Both the position numbers and the translations under genes were made by a program. 49,154 bases of DNA from contig QIFB01000002.1 in the NCBI GenBank assembly GCA_003230545.1, forward strand, positions 1-49,154, given 5' to 3'. The notes beneath the pieces were generated by a model that worked only from the letters and a program-made list of their open reading frames with translations, did not search any database and was not told the origin of the DNA. Source of the DNA: Gammaproteobacteria bacterium (lineage in GTDB: Bacteria; Pseudomonadota; Gammaproteobacteria; UBA9214). This document shows, piece after piece, positions 1-12,119 of this stretch; within the stretch, counting starts at the first letter, position 1, and every line of letters begins with the position of its first letter.

Positions 1-1
1 G

Positions 2-235
2 ATTGCCGGCGTGCTGCGCAACGGCCCGGCCGACGAGGCCGGCATTCAACCCGGCGACGTACTCACGGCAATCGGTGACATCGCGGTCAACGAACCAACC
101 GAGGCAATGAAAATCATTTCGGAACTGCGCCCGGAAACGGTGATCGAGCTCAGTGGCACACGCGATGGCAAGCAGTTCACCACCCGTGCAAAAATCATCC
201 AGCGCCCGCAGTCGAGTCCATTGAAGGACAGCTAG
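2..235 (+). CDS. 3' end of a DegS/DegP (HtrA)-family periplasmic serine endoprotease (C-terminal PDZ domain); the 5' part lies outside the window
   Basis: The frame is open from the window edge. Translation IAGVLRNGPADEAGIQPGDVLTAIGDIAVNEPTEAMKIISELRPE looks like an HtrA-family PDZ domain. Stop TAG at 233-235. Confidence 0.6.
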   Translation: MAGVLRNGPADEAGIQPGDVLTAIGDIAVNEPTEAMKIISELRPETVIELSGTRDGKQFTTRAKIIQRPQSSPLKDS

Positions 236-280
236 GTGCAGTTGCACCTGCGATATAACCCTGCCTGACACGCAGTGCAC

Positions 281-606
281 ATCCCTGATTGAGCAAATTG
301 CACCTTTCGAGCGTGAATCCGGTGTCCCTGGCAGGCCCCCTTGTCAGGGAACGCTGCAAGTCCATCCCTGGACGCTCAACGGCTTCATCCCTGAAGCCGA
401 TGTCCCTGACAAGGGGGCCACACCGGATTGCATGACGCAAAAATCTGTACGGTTACTCGGGGTACAGGGTGAATTCTCTAGACCGTTGGCCGCAGGGATG
501 CGGCCATCGAGCTTACAGGGACGTACTTGCAGCGTGTCTTGAGAAATCCCCCTGCACCCCGAGTGACCTTGCTCGGACCGTGCAACCTGCTCGATCAGGG
601 GAACAG
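281..606 (+). repeat. Nested-palindromic structured intergenic element, copy 1 (most degenerate copy)
   Basis: Same architecture as 25922-26253. It carries the invariant 68-nt core at 343-410 and the invariant 32-nt GACCGTTGGCCGCAGGGATGCGGCCATCGAGC at 481-512. Outer arms CCCTGATTGAGCAAATTGCAC / GTGCAACCTGCTCGATCAGGG are imperfectly complementary. It lies between the convergent protease and hisC stops. The strand label only gives orientation relative to the other copies. Confidence 0.85.
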
Positions 607-621
607 TCAAGTCCGGTGAAA

Positions 622-1704
622 TCAGAGGCATTCAGCGAGGGCTGCAAGGAACGCGGCATTTTCCTCCGGGCTGCCCACGGTCACCCGCAGGCAGTCCGCC
701 AGCGCCGTCACGGTTCCATTCAGGTTCTTGATCAAGATACCGCGCTCCTTGAGGCCGGCAAAAATTGCATCCGCACGACCCGGTGGTGTGCGTAACAGAA
801 TGAAATTGGCTTCGCTGGGAAACACGGTCAGCCCCGGCATTTCCTGCAATTGTGCAGACAGCGCTGCCCGGTCACGGCGCAAGCTGTCGGTCTGTTCGGA
901 AAACACGTCATAGTGCTGCAGGGCAAACACGCCGCATGCCTGGTTCAGCGTACTGATGTTGTAGGGCAGACGCGTTTTTTCGAACTCGGCAAGCCACGCT
1001 TCGGGCCCGGCCAGCAGACCAAGGCGCAGACCGGCAAAACCGATCTTGGACAGTGTTCGCAGCACCAGCAGGTTTTCCGTATCCGGTACTGCCGGCAGAA
1101 AACTGTGTTCGGTAAACGGCGCATAGGCCTCGTCGATCACCACCAGGCCGGGGGCATGTTCGATAATGGCCTCGACGGCGGTCCGGTCGAACAGGTTGCC
1201 GGTGGGATTATTCGGCCATGCCAGGAACACCACGGCCGGTTGCCGGTTGGCTATTTCAGCAAGCAGCGCCTCTGCGTCCAGCGTGAAGTCGGCGCGCAGC
1301 GGCACGCCGGCAAACTCCAGTCCGCACACCGTGGCAATCTGGCGATACATGACAAAGGTGGGTTCCGGCGCCATGATGACCCGGCCCGGAGCCGCGACGG
1401 TCTGGATGATCATCTGGATCAGCTCATCCGACCCGTTCCCGAGCATCACCGCGGCGCTGTCCGGCACCGCCATGCGCCGGCGCAGTTCCTGTTTCAATGC
1501 GGTGGCCTGCGGGTCCGGGTAGCGGTTCAGCTCGAGCGTACGCAACACCTCGAACCAGTCATCCAGCAGTGACTCCGGCCAGCGGTACGGGTTCTCCATC
1601 GCATCCAGCTTGATCAGGTTACCGGGGTCCGGCACGTGGTAGGCCGGGAGTGCACGCAGCTCGGGCCGCACCAGTTGGTCGATCCTGTCGTTTGCTGCCG
1701 TCAT
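622..1704 (-). CDS. hisC: Histidinol-phosphate aminotransferase
   Basis: 360-aa ORF with a HisC-like N-terminus ([11 protein letters not shown]...[10 protein letters not shown]) and class-II aminotransferase length. Its ATG overlaps the hisD stop (ATGA). Lies in a his operon context. Confidence 0.9.
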   Translation of the reverse strand: MTAANDRIDQLVRPELRALPAYHVPDPGNLIKLDAMENPYRWPESLLDDWFEVLRTLELNRYPDPQATALKQELRRRMAVPDSAAVMLGNGSDELIQMIIQTVAAPGRVIMAPEPTFVMYRQIATVCGLEFAGVPLRADFTLDAEALLAEIANRQPAVVFLAWPNNPTGNLFDRTAVEAIIEHAPGLVVIDEAYAPFTEHSFLPAVPDTENLLVLRTLSKIGFAGLRLGLLAGPEAWLAEFEKTRLPYNISTLNQACGVFALQHYDVFSEQTDSLRRDRAALSAQLQEMPGLTVFPSEANFILLRTPPGRADAIFAGLKERGILIKNLNGTVTALADCLRVTVGSPEENAAFLAALAECL

Positions 1705-3005
1705 TTATCCCGGATCCGCACCTCGGCCGAGCGGGCGTGTGCCGTGAGCCCCTCGCCATGTGCAAGAACTGCGGCGCATTTGCCCAGCGTGCTGGCGCCG
1801 CACGGCGAACACTGGATCAGGCTGCTGCGCTTCTGGAAGTCGTAGACCCCAAGCGGTGAGGAAAACCGGGCCGTGCGCGAGGTCGGCAGTACGTGGTTCG
1901 GCCCGGCGCAGTAATCGCCCAGCACCTCGGCCGTGTAGCGGCCCATGAAGATGGCACCGGCGTGGCGGATTTGCCCGGCGAGCGCCTGTGGATCATCGAC
2001 CGACAGCTCCAGGTGCTCCGGTGCAATGATATTGGCCAGTTCGACGGCTTCATCCAGGTCGCGCACCGCGATCAGTGCACCCTGCCCCTGCAGGGATGCG
2101 CGAATCACATCGGCCCGCGGCATCTCCGGCAGCAGGCGTTCAATACTGGCCGCAACGGCGGACAAAAACTCCGCATCGGGGCTGATCAGAATCGACTGCG
2201 CATCCTCGTCGTGCTCGGCCTGGGAAAACAGGTCAACAGCGATCCAGTCCGGGTCGGTGCGGCCGTCACAGATCACCAGGATCTCCGACGGTCCGGCAAT
2301 CATGTCGATGCCGACCTTGCCGAACACCATGCGCTTGGCGGTTGTCACCCAGGTATTGCCCGGACCGACAATCTTGTCGACCGGCGGTACCGTGGCGGTC
2401 CCCCAGGCCAGCGCCGCAACCGCCTGGGCGCCGCCAATGGCAAACACGCGGTCCACCCCGGCAATGCGCGCTGCCGCGAGCACCATCTCATTGAGTTCAC
2501 CGCCCGGGGTTGGCACCACCATCACCAGTTCCGGTACCCCGGCCACCCTGGCGGGAATGGCACTCATCAGCACCGACGAGGGATATGCCGCCTTGCCACC
2601 GGGCACGTACAGTCCGACCCGGTCCAGCGGCGTGACCTGCTGGCCCAGCAAGGTCCCGTCGGCTTCCGTGTACGACCAGGACTCCATTTTCTGGTGTTCG
2701 GCATAGGCGCGAATTCTTTCTGCCGCAAATTCCAGTGCCACACGCTGGTCCGCCGGGATTGCTGCAAGCGCCTGTTCACAGCGTGCGGCCGGTATTCCCA
2801 GGTCGGCCGCCACGGACACACTCCAGTTATCCAGGCGGGCCGTCAGCTCCATCAGGGCCGCATCACCACGCGTGCGCACCTCCCCGATAATGTCGGTTAC
2901 CGTCGTGGCGATCTGCCGGTCGGCCTCTGCCTCACGGGTCAGCAACTGTTCCAGCGCTGCACGGAAACCGGCGTCCCGGCTGTTGAGTCGTGTTATGTCA
3001 GTCAT
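1701..3005 (-). CDS. hisD: Histidinol dehydrogenase
   Basis: The ORF contains HisD-like blocks ([37 protein letters not shown]). I chose the ATG at 3005 (MTDITRLNS...) over the longer ORF start at 3080, because the extension has no homology-like sequence. Confidence 0.9.
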   Translation of the reverse strand: MTDITRLNSRDAGFRAALEQLLTREAEADRQIATTVTDIIGEVRTRGDAALMELTARLDNWSVSVAADLGIPAARCEQALAAIPADQRVALEFAAERIRAYAEHQKMESWSYTEADGTLLGQQVTPLDRVGLYVPGGKAAYPSSVLMSAIPARVAGVPELVMVVPTPGGELNEMVLAAARIAGVDRVFAIGGAQAVAALAWGTATVPPVDKIVGPGNTWVTTAKRMVFGKVGIDMIAGPSEILVICDGRTDPDWIAVDLFSQAEHDEDAQSILISPDAEFLSAVAASIERLLPEMPRADVIRASLQGQGALIAVRDLDEAVELANIIAPEHLELSVDDPQALAGQIRHAGAIFMGRYTAEVLGDYCAGPNHVLPTSRTARFSSPLGVYDFQKRSSLIQCSPCGASTLGKCAAVLAHGEGLTAHARSAEVRIRDK

Positions 3006-3037
3006 GGGATTAGATTCAAAGTATTCACCATAGGACC

Positions 3038-3111
3038 GTAGGTCGGGCCAGGCGCACAGCGCCATAACCCGACAATACAACGTCGGATTACGCTGCGCTA
3101 ATCCGACCTAC
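3038..3111. repeat. REP-like palindromic units (inverted pair, GTAGGTCGG... family)
   Basis: GTAGGTCGGGCCAGGCGCACAGCGCCATAACCCGAC (3038-3073) and, inverted, GTCGGATTACGCTGCGCTAATCCGACCTAC (3082-3111). Each is a hairpin with a GTAG head. They sit in the hisD-hisG spacer. Confidence 0.6.
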
Positions 3112-3149
3112 GATTGCTGTGCGCCTTACCCTACCTATGACAATCAACT

Positions 3150-3782
3150 TCAGGAATGACATGCCGCCTTCAGGTCGGCAATGAATTTCGTGATGCGTTC
3201 ATGCTTCATTTTCATGGAGGCCTTGTTGACCACCAGTCGTGAACTGATGTCGGCAATGTGTTCCAGCGGGACCAGGCCGTTGGCCTTCAGGGTATTGCCG
3301 GTATCGACCACATCGACAATGCGGTCGGCGAGACCCACGATGGGTGCCAGTTCCATCGAACCGTACAGCTTGATGATTTCGACCTGTTCCTGTCGGTCGG
3401 CATAAAACCGGCGCGTGCTGTTGACATACTTGGTAGCGATGCGCAGGCGGCGCACCGATGCCGGCGCGGTTTCCGGGCCGGCAACCATCAGCCGGCAGCG
3501 GGCAATACCGAGATCCAGCGGTTCGTACAGGCCATTGCCACCGTGCTCCAGCAATACGTCCTTGCCGGCCACGCCGACATCGGCTGCGCCGTACTCGACA
3601 TAGGTTGGCACATCGGCCGCGCGGATGATGACCAGCTTGACGGCCGCGTCGCTGGTATCCAGGATCAGCTTGCGGCTGGTTTCCGGATCGTCAACCGGCT
3701 CGATACCGGCCTGCGCCAGCAGCGGCAGCGTCTCCTTGAAGATGCGTCCCTTCGACAGGGCAATGGTCAGCAAGTCATTCAT
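3150..3782 (-). CDS. hisG: ATP phosphoribosyltransferase (short form)
   Basis: About 210 aa. [22 protein letters not shown] is a HisG-like N-terminus. The ATG at 3782 is preferred over the TTG at 3791. Confidence 0.9.
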   Translation of the reverse strand: MNDLLTIALSKGRIFKETLPLLAQAGIEPVDDPETSRKLILDTSDAAVKLVIIRAADVPTYVEYGAADVGVAGKDVLLEHGGNGLYEPLDLGIARCRLMVAGPETAPASVRRLRIATKYVNSTRRFYADRQEQVEIIKLYGSMELAPIVGLADRIVDVVDTGNTLKANGLVPLEHIADISSRLVVNKASMKMKHERITKFIADLKAACHS

Positions 3783-3863
3783 GGGTGACAAGTTTCAGGC
3801 AGAACCCGTTGATTTACAAGCATGCAGGGGAATAACCCGAGTGCCACGGTACCGGGTAGTGGC

Positions 3864-5457
<1,594 letters not shown>

Positions 5458-5461
<4 letters not shown>

Positions 5462-5928
5462 TTTTCTTCAGCGGAAGCAGTATTGTAAAGGAACTGGCCG
5501 ATCATCTGCTCGAGCACCAGCGCTGACTGCGTCAACTGGATCCGGTCACCCGGCATGATGTTGTCTTCGGACCCGCCGGGTTCCAGGGCAACGTACTGTT
5601 CTCCCAGCAGGCCGGCGGTAAAGATACTCGCCGTGGTATCTTCCGGAAACCGGTCGTACGAATTACCGATACGCAGTTGTACAACAGCTTCGTAGGTCTC
5701 GAAGTCGTAGACAATACTGTCTACCCTGCCAATACGCACGCCCGAGACCGTGACCGGGGAACGCACCTTGAGCCCGCCGATGTTATCGAATGACGCCGTA
5801 ATGGTGTAGCTTTCGCCATTTACACTGGTACTGAGGTTACTGACCTTCATCGCCAGTATGAATAACGCTGCCATGCCGGCCGCAACGAACAGCCCGACCG
5901 CGATTTCAACTGCCTTGCTCTGCTTCAT
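5458..5928 (-). CDS. mlaD: MCE-domain periplasmic component MlaD
   Basis: 156 aa with an N-terminal TM anchor followed by an MCE domain (GGLKVRSPVTVSGVRIGRV). Follows mlaE. Confidence 0.85.
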
Positions 5929-5934
5929 GATGTC

Positions 5935-6714
5935 CTAGTCTCCAAACATGAGTGCCGTCAGCACGAAGTCCAGCCCGAGTACCGCCAGGGCCCCGTGTAC
6001 CACGGTACGTGTTGTCGCCCGGCTGACACCCTCCGATGTCGGTACGGCGTCATAGCCCTCGAATACCGCAATCCATGTGGCCACAAACCCGAATACGATA
6101 CTCTTGATGACACCATTATAAATATCATCCTGCAGATCGACATTGGCCTGCATCTGTGACCAGTAGGCGCCCTCGTCCACTCCCAGCAGGCCGACGCCGA
6201 CAAAAAAGCCGCCGTAGACGCCGATGGCACTGAAGATCGCCGCGAGCAGCGGCATGGACAGGAAACCGGCAAGGAAGCGCGGCGCGATCACGCGCTTCAT
6301 TGGATCGACCGCCATCATCTCCATGCCGGACAACTGTTCCGTCGCCTTCATCAGGCCGATCTCGGCCGTCAGTGCCGAACCGGCGCGCCCGGCAAACAGC
6401 AGCGCCGTCACCACCGGCCCCAGTTCCCGCACCAGTGCCAGCGCCACGGCCACCCCGAGCGATTCCTCGGCGCCGAAATCCGACAGGGTATTGAAGCCCT
6501 GCAGTCCCAGCACCATGCCGACAAACAGCCCGGACACCAGGATGATCAGCAGGGTCAGTACGCCAACCGAATAGATTTGCCGGACGACCAGACCGGGACG
6601 CAACAGCAATGCCGGTAATCGCGCAAGGATTTGCAACAGGAATACATGACCGCGCCCGAGGCGTTCGAAAAAACCGATGCCGGTCCGGCCGAGTCGCTGC
6701 AAGGGGCCCAGCAT
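5935..6714 (-). CDS. mlaE: Mla ABC transporter permease MlaE
   Basis: About 259-aa polytopic membrane protein of the MlaE/Ttg2B type. Its ATG at 6714 overlaps the mlaF TGA by 1 nt (TGATG). Confidence 0.9.
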   Translation of the reverse strand: MLGPLQRLGRTGIGFFERLGRGHVFLLQILARLPALLLRPGLVVRQIYSVGVLTLLIILVSGLFVGMVLGLQGFNTLSDFGAEESLGVAVALALVRELGPVVTALLFAGRAGSALTAEIGLMKATEQLSGMEMMAVDPMKRVIAPRFLAGFLSMPLLAAIFSAIGVYGGFFVGVGLLGVDEGAYWSQMQANVDLQDDIYNGVIKSIVFGFVATWIAVFEGYDAVPTSEGVSRATTRTVVHGALAVLGLDFVLTALMFGD

Positions 6715-7541
6715 CACGTGGTTCGTCCCCCGCCGATCAGGTCATCACGAAATGCGGCCGCGGGATAATGAAACGCGACCGGGCCGTCCGGCTCGCCATT
6801 CAGGAACTGCTGTGACCACTCGGAAGCAGACTTCCACAGGGAATCGGGTGTTCCCTGGTCGACCACTTTGCCATCGGAGAGCAGGTAGACATAGTCGGCA
6901 ATGGCGGCCGTTTCCTGCACGTCATGGGACACCACGACGCTGGTCAGACCGAGCGCGCTGTTCAGTTCGCTGATGAGCTTGACAACGATCCCCATGGAAA
7001 TCGGATCCTGGCCGGTAAACGGTTCATCATACATGACCATCATCGGGTCCAGCGCGATGGCGCGCGCCATGGCCACCCGGCGCGCCATGCCGCCCGAGAG
7101 TTCATTTGGCATCATGCCGGCGGCGCCCCTCAGACCCACGGCCTGCAGTTTCATCAGCACCAGGTCACGCACCAGTGTTTCGGGCAGATCGGTATGTTCG
7201 CGTATCGGAAATGCAATGTTATCGAAAACACTCAGGTCGGTTAACAGGGCACCGCTCTGGAACATCATGCCCATGCGTTGCCGCAGTTTGTAGAGTGCCT
7301 TGATGCCCAGATCGGTCACACATTCGCCATCGACAACGATACTTCCCTGTTGCGGCTGCAACTGCCCGCCGATCAGTTTCAGCAGGGTTGTCTTGCCGGT
7401 ACCGCTGGGGCCCATGATGGCGGTGACAGAGCCGCGCGCAATATCCAGATCAATCCCGTCGAATATGCTGCGCTCGCCACGGGAGAAAGCCAGGTCGCGC
7501 ACCTGTACCACGAAATCCTGATTTTCCCGGCTTGTGTTCAA
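6714..7541 (-). CDS. mlaF: Mla ABC transporter ATP-binding protein MlaF
   Basis: Walker [13 protein letters not shown] signature [14 protein letters not shown], Walker B MVMYDEP. Start is uncertain: TTG at 7541 fits the usual N-terminal length, whereas the ORF track starts at TTG 7598. Confidence 0.88.
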   Translation of the reverse strand: MNTSRENQDFVVQVRDLAFSRGERSIFDGIDLDIARGSVTAIMGPSGTGKTTLLKLIGGQLQPQQGSIVVDGECVTDLGIKALYKLRQRMGMMFQSGALLTDLSVFDNIAFPIREHTDLPETLVRDLVLMKLQAVGLRGAAGMMPNELSGGMARRVAMARAIALDPMMVMYDEPFTGQDPISMGIVVKLISELNSALGLTSVVVSHDVQETAAIADYVYLLSDGKVVDQGTPDSLWKSASEWSQQFLNGEPDGPVAFHYPAAAFRDDLIGGGRTT

Positions 7542-7725
7542 ATATGTTTTACCCTGTTCCGGCGTGTCGCGCCTGACCCAACCTGCAAACAACCTCAATA
7601 GTTCATCGATGGAACGGCGTGTATGATAAAACAGTTCGCACCAAGAGCTCCATTGATGTCAGGAAATTCACTGAAAAACCTCCCTGCCCCACCTGCCTCC
7701 GTCAATCAATGCCCGGAACCCGACC

Positions 7726-8718
7726 ATGTGGCTTGAGTTACTGGCAATTATTGGCGGTTTTGTGCTGCTCACCTGGAGTGCGGACCGGTTTGTTATCGGG
7801 GCCGCGGCCATTGCCTTGAACCTGAATGTCTCGCCGCTGATCATTGGCCTGACCATTGTCAGTCTCGGCACCTCGGCACCGGAGATACTGGTATCGGGCA
7901 TGGCCGCACTGCAGGGGAATACCGGCCTGTCTATCGGCAATGCCCTCGGTTCGAACATTATCAACATCGGGCTGGTGCTCGGCATTACCGCCCTGATCGC
8001 CCCGCTGGATGTGCATTCACGTATCCTCAGCCGTGAGTTGCCGGTCCTGCTGGCGATCATGGCGATCGTCTGGCTGTTGCTGCTGGACGGGTCACTCGGG
8101 CAGCTCGATGGCACCCTGCTGCTGAGCGGCATGGCGCTGATGCTGGTCTGGATGACCTATGTCGGCATCCAGTCCAGGGGCAGCGGTGAACCGATGACCG
8201 AGGAATACGCGGAGAAAATCCAGACCGGCCTGGGTATGGGCCTGGCTGTCTTCTGGCTGGTGGTCGGCCTGATATTCCTGCTGATCAGTTCACGTTTCCT
8301 CATCTGGGGTGCCGTCTCCGTGGCGCAGCAGTTCGGCGTCAGCGATCTGATCATCGGCCTGACCATCGTGGCACTTGGCACCAGCCTGCCGGAACTGGCG
8401 GCCTCCGTAGCCGGCGTCATCAAAAAAGAGCATGACATCGTGGTCGGCAACATCATCGGCTCGAATATTTTCAACCTGCTGGCCGTTCTTGGCCTGCCCG
8501 GGATTATCCACCCCGGGCCCATCGATGCGGTGGTCATGGAGCGTGATTATATCGCCATGGTTATCCTGACGATCTTCCTGTTTGCCATGGCCTACGGGTT
8601 CCGCGGTGGCGCACGGCGCATCAACCGTTACGAGGGCGGCGTGCTGTTAATGATCTTTATCGGCTACCAGAGCCTGCTATACTTTTCCGTGACCGGAGAT
8701 GCCCGACTACCCTCATGA
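7726..8718 (+). CDS. yrbG: CaCA-family Na+/Ca2+ antiporter (YrbG-like)
   Basis: 330-aa polytopic protein with duplicated alpha-repeats (GTSAPEILVS... and GTSLPELAASV...). Sits in the conserved position upstream of kdsD. Confidence 0.85.
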   Translation: MWLELLAIIGGFVLLTWSADRFVIGAAAIALNLNVSPLIIGLTIVSLGTSAPEILVSGMAALQGNTGLSIGNALGSNIINIGLVLGITALIAPLDVHSRILSRELPVLLAIMAIVWLLLLDGSLGQLDGTLLLSGMALMLVWMTYVGIQSRGSGEPMTEEYAEKIQTGLGMGLAVFWLVVGLIFLLISSRFLIWGAVSVAQQFGVSDLIIGLTIVALGTSLPELAASVAGVIKKEHDIVVGNIIGSNIFNLLAVLGLPGIIHPGPIDAVVMERDYIAMVILTIFLFAMAYGFRGGARRINRYEGGVLLMIFIGYQSLLYFSVTGDARLPS

Positions 8719-9689
8719 GTGATCACAAATTCCAGGAACTCGCCCTTGCTGTCATCGACACCGAGGCCTGCGCCGTTGCTGCCCTCGCCGATGAGATTCG
8801 TAAACCCTCCTTTGTACAGGCCTGCGAGTTCATGCTGGCGTGCAAGGGGCGCGTCGTCGTTACCGGCATGGGCAAGTCCGGGCATATCGCCGGCAAAATT
8901 GCCGCCACCCTCGCCAGCACCGGCACCCCGGCCTTTTTCGTACACCCCGGTGAAGCCAGCCACGGCGATCTCGGGATGATCACGGCGGCCGACGTGGTGC
9001 TGGCCTTGTCGTATTCCGGTGAAACCGGAGAGATTATTACCATCCTGCCAATCATCAAGCGCCTGAAAGTGCCACTGATCGCGATGACCGGTAACCTGGA
9101 ATCGACCCTTTCCCGGAAAGCAACCGCCAGCATCACGGTGCGTGTTGACAAGGAAGCCTGTCCACTGGGCCTGGCGCCGACGGCCAGCACCACGGCAGCG
9201 CTGGCCATGGGAGATGCGCTGGCAATCGCACTGCTGGAGTCCCGCGGCTTCACCGAGGAGGACTTCGCCCGCTCGCATCCCGGCGGCACGCTCGGCCGGC
9301 GCCTGTTGCTGCTGATCGATGACCTGATGCATACCGGTGATGCCATCCCGATCGTCGAACCCGGTACTGCGCTCATTAACGCACTGATGGTAATGACCCG
9401 CAAGGGACTCGGCATGACCGTCGTGGTTGATGGCGACGGTCAGCTGGCTGGCGTGTTCACCGACGGTGACCTGCGGCGCGCCATCGATCACAAGATCGAT
9501 GTCCACGAGGCCAGCGTCAGCGACGTCATGACCACGGACTGCAAGACAGTACATCCCGGCATGCTGGCAGCCGAGGCACTGCAGATCATGGACAGTACCA
9601 AGATCAATGCCCTGCCGGTTGTCAACGACGACAACAAGCTCGTCGGTGCCCTGAACATGCACGACCTGCTCAGGGCCGGCGTGGTTTAA
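8715..9689 (+). CDS. kdsD: Arabinose-5-phosphate isomerase (SIS plus CBS-pair)
   Basis: Has the GMGKSGHIAGKIAATLASTGTP SIS motif and a C-terminal CBS pair. Its ATG overlaps the yrbG stop. Confidence 0.9.
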   Translation: MSDHKFQELALAVIDTEACAVAALADEIRKPSFVQACEFMLACKGRVVVTGMGKSGHIAGKIAATLASTGTPAFFVHPGEASHGDLGMITAADVVLALSYSGETGEIITILPIIKRLKVPLIAMTGNLESTLSRKATASITVRVDKEACPLGLAPTASTTAALAMGDALAIALLESRGFTEEDFARSHPGGTLGRRLLLLIDDLMHTGDAIPIVEPGTALINALMVMTRKGLGMTVVVDGDGQLAGVFTDGDLRRAIDHKIDVHEASVSDVMTTDCKTVHPGMLAAEALQIMDSTKINALPVVNDDNKLVGALNMHDLLRAGVV

Positions 9690-9700
9690 TACAGCTCCTC

Positions 9701-10222
9701 ATGCAAGACATCCTCGAGAAAGCGCGTCCCATCCGCCTGCTGATATTCGATGTCGACGGGGTACTCACTGACGGCAGCCTGTTCATTGGCGATGATGGCC
9801 AGGAATACAAGGCATTCAACTCGCGCGACGGCCACGGTATCAAGATGCTCATGGGCTACGGCATCGAGGTCGCCATCATTACCGGTCGCACTTCAAAGGT
9901 CGTTGAGCACCGCATGCAAAATCTGGGGGTCACCCGCGTTTACCAGGGGCAACTGGACAAACTGAAGGCATACGACGTCCTGTCCGAAGAACTCGGCATA
10001 GCACACGAGGAGATTGCCTATGTCGGTGACGATGTCGTCGACCTCCCGGTGATGCGCCGCGTTGGACTCGCCATTGCCGTGCAGGATGCCCACCCGCTGG
10101 TCATAAAACACAGTCACTGGCAAACACCGAGTCCGGGCGGTTGCGGTGCCGCTCGCGATGTTTGCGAAATGCTCATGGAGGCGCAGGGTGTGCTGGATGA
10201 CGAGATGAGCAAATACCTTTGA
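9701..10222 (+). CDS. kdsC: KDO-8-phosphate phosphatase (HAD superfamily)
   Basis: 173 aa. Has FDVDGVLTDG (HAD motif I) and YVGDDVVDLP (motif IV). Follows kdsD. Confidence 0.9.
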   Translation: MQDILEKARPIRLLIFDVDGVLTDGSLFIGDDGQEYKAFNSRDGHGIKMLMGYGIEVAIITGRTSKVVEHRMQNLGVTRVYQGQLDKLKAYDVLSEELGIAHEEIAYVGDDVVDLPVMRRVGLAIAVQDAHPLVIKHSHWQTPSPGGCGAARDVCEMLMEAQGVLDDEMSKYL

Positions 10223-10779
10223 ACGCCCGCTTTGCGTTGATTACCGGCCTGGTCTTTAGCGTACTCCTGAGTGGCTGGCTGCTGTACGAACAGGGCACCA
10301 TCAGCGGCCGTCTGCCCGCTTCCACCCAGGGCCCCGACCTGTTTGTCGAAGACATGGACCTGAAACTGATCAACACCGATGGCAGGCTGCGCTACCACGT
10401 CACGGCAGACCGGCTGGACCATTACCCGAGCGATGACCGTGCCGAACTCACCCGCCCCGTGATGCATGTCTACGCTGAAGACCGCCCCACCTGGGAGATC
10501 CAGTCGGACAGCGGCCGGATCTCCTCCGGGAACGAAACCGTCTGGCTGCTGGGCGCGGTCGAGGCCCGACGGCTGACCAACCCCGGAACCCGGTCACTGA
10601 CCATATATACCCGCGACCTGATGGTTAAACCGGAGGCGCAAACAGCCGAAACAGAATATATGACCCGTATCCGGTCCGACCGGTTCGAGATCGAGTCAAC
10701 CGGGCTGCATGCCGATTTCATCAACAATCGCCTGGAACTGAAGTCCGGGGTGCGTGGCAGGTTCGATGATGCCGGCTGA
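10219..10779 (+). CDS. lptC: LPS export system protein LptC
   Basis: 186 aa with a single N-terminal TM helix. Occupies the position between kdsC and lptA. Confidence 0.8.
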   Translation: MNARFALITGLVFSVLLSGWLLYEQGTISGRLPASTQGPDLFVEDMDLKLINTDGRLRYHVTADRLDHYPSDDRAELTRPVMHVYAEDRPTWEIQSDSGRISSGNETVWLLGAVEARRLTNPGTRSLTIYTRDLMVKPEAQTAETEYMTRIRSDRFEIESTGLHADFINNRLELKSGVRGRFDDAG

Positions 10780-11299
10780 CACTGCAAGGCTTGTCTGTGC
10801 CGTGTTGCTGTGGTATCTGCCGGCAAGCGTACTGGCACTGTCATCAGACCGTGACCAGCCGATCTATATCGAGGCTGACAGTGCGGTACTTATGGAAAAT
10901 GAAGGCCTCAGCACCTACACGGGCAATGTCGCAATACGCCAGGGCACACTCGAATTGCACGGTGACCACATGACGGTATATAACAGTGACAGCAATATCG
11001 ACCGAATCATCCTGACCGGCAGCCCGGCAACCATCGTGCAGCGTCCGGAAGGCAGCGACAAGGACCTGCATGCCGAAGCCGGTCAGATGGAATACCATGC
11101 TGCAAATGAACGCATTATACTGACCGGCGCAGCACGTATCTGGCAGGCAGACGGCAAGGAATTTCGCAGCGAGAAGATCATCTACAACATCAGGACCAAT
11201 ACGGTAAATGCCGGTGACAGCACCTCCGGTGAGCGGGTGCATATCACGCTGCAGCCAAAACAGAAACCGGATGATAACGGGGAGCCCGGGAGCGAATGA
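10754..11299 (+). CDS. lptA: LPS transport periplasmic protein LptA (OstA-like)
   Basis: About 180 aa. A signal peptide is followed by [14 protein letters not shown], an OstA_N-type repeat. Lies upstream of lptB. Confidence 0.8.
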   Translation: MAGSMMPADTARLVCAVLLWYLPASVLALSSDRDQPIYIEADSAVLMENEGLSTYTGNVAIRQGTLELHGDHMTVYNSDSNIDRIILTGSPATIVQRPEGSDKDLHAEAGQMEYHAANERIILTGAARIWQADGKEFRSEKIIYNIRTNTVNAGDSTSGERVHITLQPKQKPDDNGEPGSE

Positions 11300-12021
11300 G
11301 CCTGCTGTCAGCACAGCATATCGGCAAACACTACCAGTCGCGCTCAGTCGTCGATAATGTGTCCCTGTCGGTCAAGACTGGCGAGGTCGCCGGATTGCTG
11401 GGCCCGAACGGCGCGGGAAAAACCACCTGCTTTTACCTGATTGTCGGATTGATACCCTGCCACACCGGCAGTATCATGCTGGATGACACCGACCTGAGCG
11501 GGCAGCCCATGCATGTCCGGGCACGCCACGGTCTCGGTTACCTGCCGCAGGAAGCATCGATATTCAGAAAGATGACGGTCGCGGAGAATATCCTGTCCGT
11601 ACTGGAAATCCGCAAGGGGCTTGATAAACAGGAACAGGCCGGGCTGCTGGAGTCGCTGCTGCACGAACTGCATATCGGGCACCTTGCCGACCAGCCCGGC
11701 ATCAGTCTGTCCGGGGGCGAGCGGCGCCGGGTCGAAATTGCCAGGGCGCTGGCCGCCGAACCGCGCTTCATCCTGCTGGACGAGCCGTTTGCCGGTGTCG
11801 ATCCGATCTCCGTGCTGGATATCCAGCAGATTATCAAGCACCTGTGTGACCGGGACATCGGCGTGCTGATTACTGACCATAATGTCAGGGAGACCCTCGG
11901 CATTTGCGATCACGCCTATATCCTCAACAAGGGGCAGGTCATCTCCGAGGGGCCACCACAGGCCATTCTCGATGACCAGCAGGTCCGCGATGTCTACCTG
12001 GGCTCTGAATTCCGCCTGTAA
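11296..12021 (+). CDS. lptB: LPS export ABC transporter ATPase LptB
   Basis: Walker [10 protein letters not shown], signature [15 protein letters not shown], Walker B ILLDEPF. 241 aa. Confidence 0.92.
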   Translation: MSLLSAQHIGKHYQSRSVVDNVSLSVKTGEVAGLLGPNGAGKTTCFYLIVGLIPCHTGSIMLDDTDLSGQPMHVRARHGLGYLPQEASIFRKMTVAENILSVLEIRKGLDKQEQAGLLESLLHELHIGHLADQPGISLSGGERRRVEIARALAAEPRFILLDEPFAGVDPISVLDIQQIIKHLCDRDIGVLITDHNVRETLGICDHAYILNKGQVISEGPPQAILDDQQVRDVYLGSEFRL

Positions 12022-12119
12022 CACACCGCACACCCACGGTTTTTAATAATGGCACGAATAATGCCCTATACTTGTCACAGAGGCCCCGGGGTGACCACCC
12101 TGCACCGCCTGAAGAATAT

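Noticed and set aside
195-440. ORFs running through the structured element (195-440 minus, 18950-19201 plus, 25912-26244 minus and its mirror 25931-26263 plus) share the peptide VRDIGFRDEAVERPGMDLQRSLT, which could suggest a small conserved protein.
   Set aside because: The shared peptide comes from the DNA core, which is 100 percent identical, so it gives no synonymous-substitution evidence. Starts, stops and lengths differ in each copy, both strands are open because the DNA is palindromic, no RBS is apparent, and differences outside the core are compensatory for pairing rather than codon-preserving.
1893-3041. Long ORFs antisense or out of frame to recognised genes (e.g. 850-1572, 1893-3041, 8664-9662, 16592-17500, 17924-18739, 27768-28517, 29949-31181, 31067-32077, 40104-40871, 41775-42617).
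   Set aside because: Each lies fully inside a confidently identified housekeeping gene on the other strand or phase. Their translations are Arg/Gly/Pro/His-rich low-complexity sequence typical of shadow ORFs in GC-rich DNA.
3826-3846. TGGCAC (minus strand) upstream of hisG as a possible sigma-54 -24 element.
   Set aside because: The position where the -12 GC should be reads AT (TGGCACTCGGGTTATT), so there is no -12 element.
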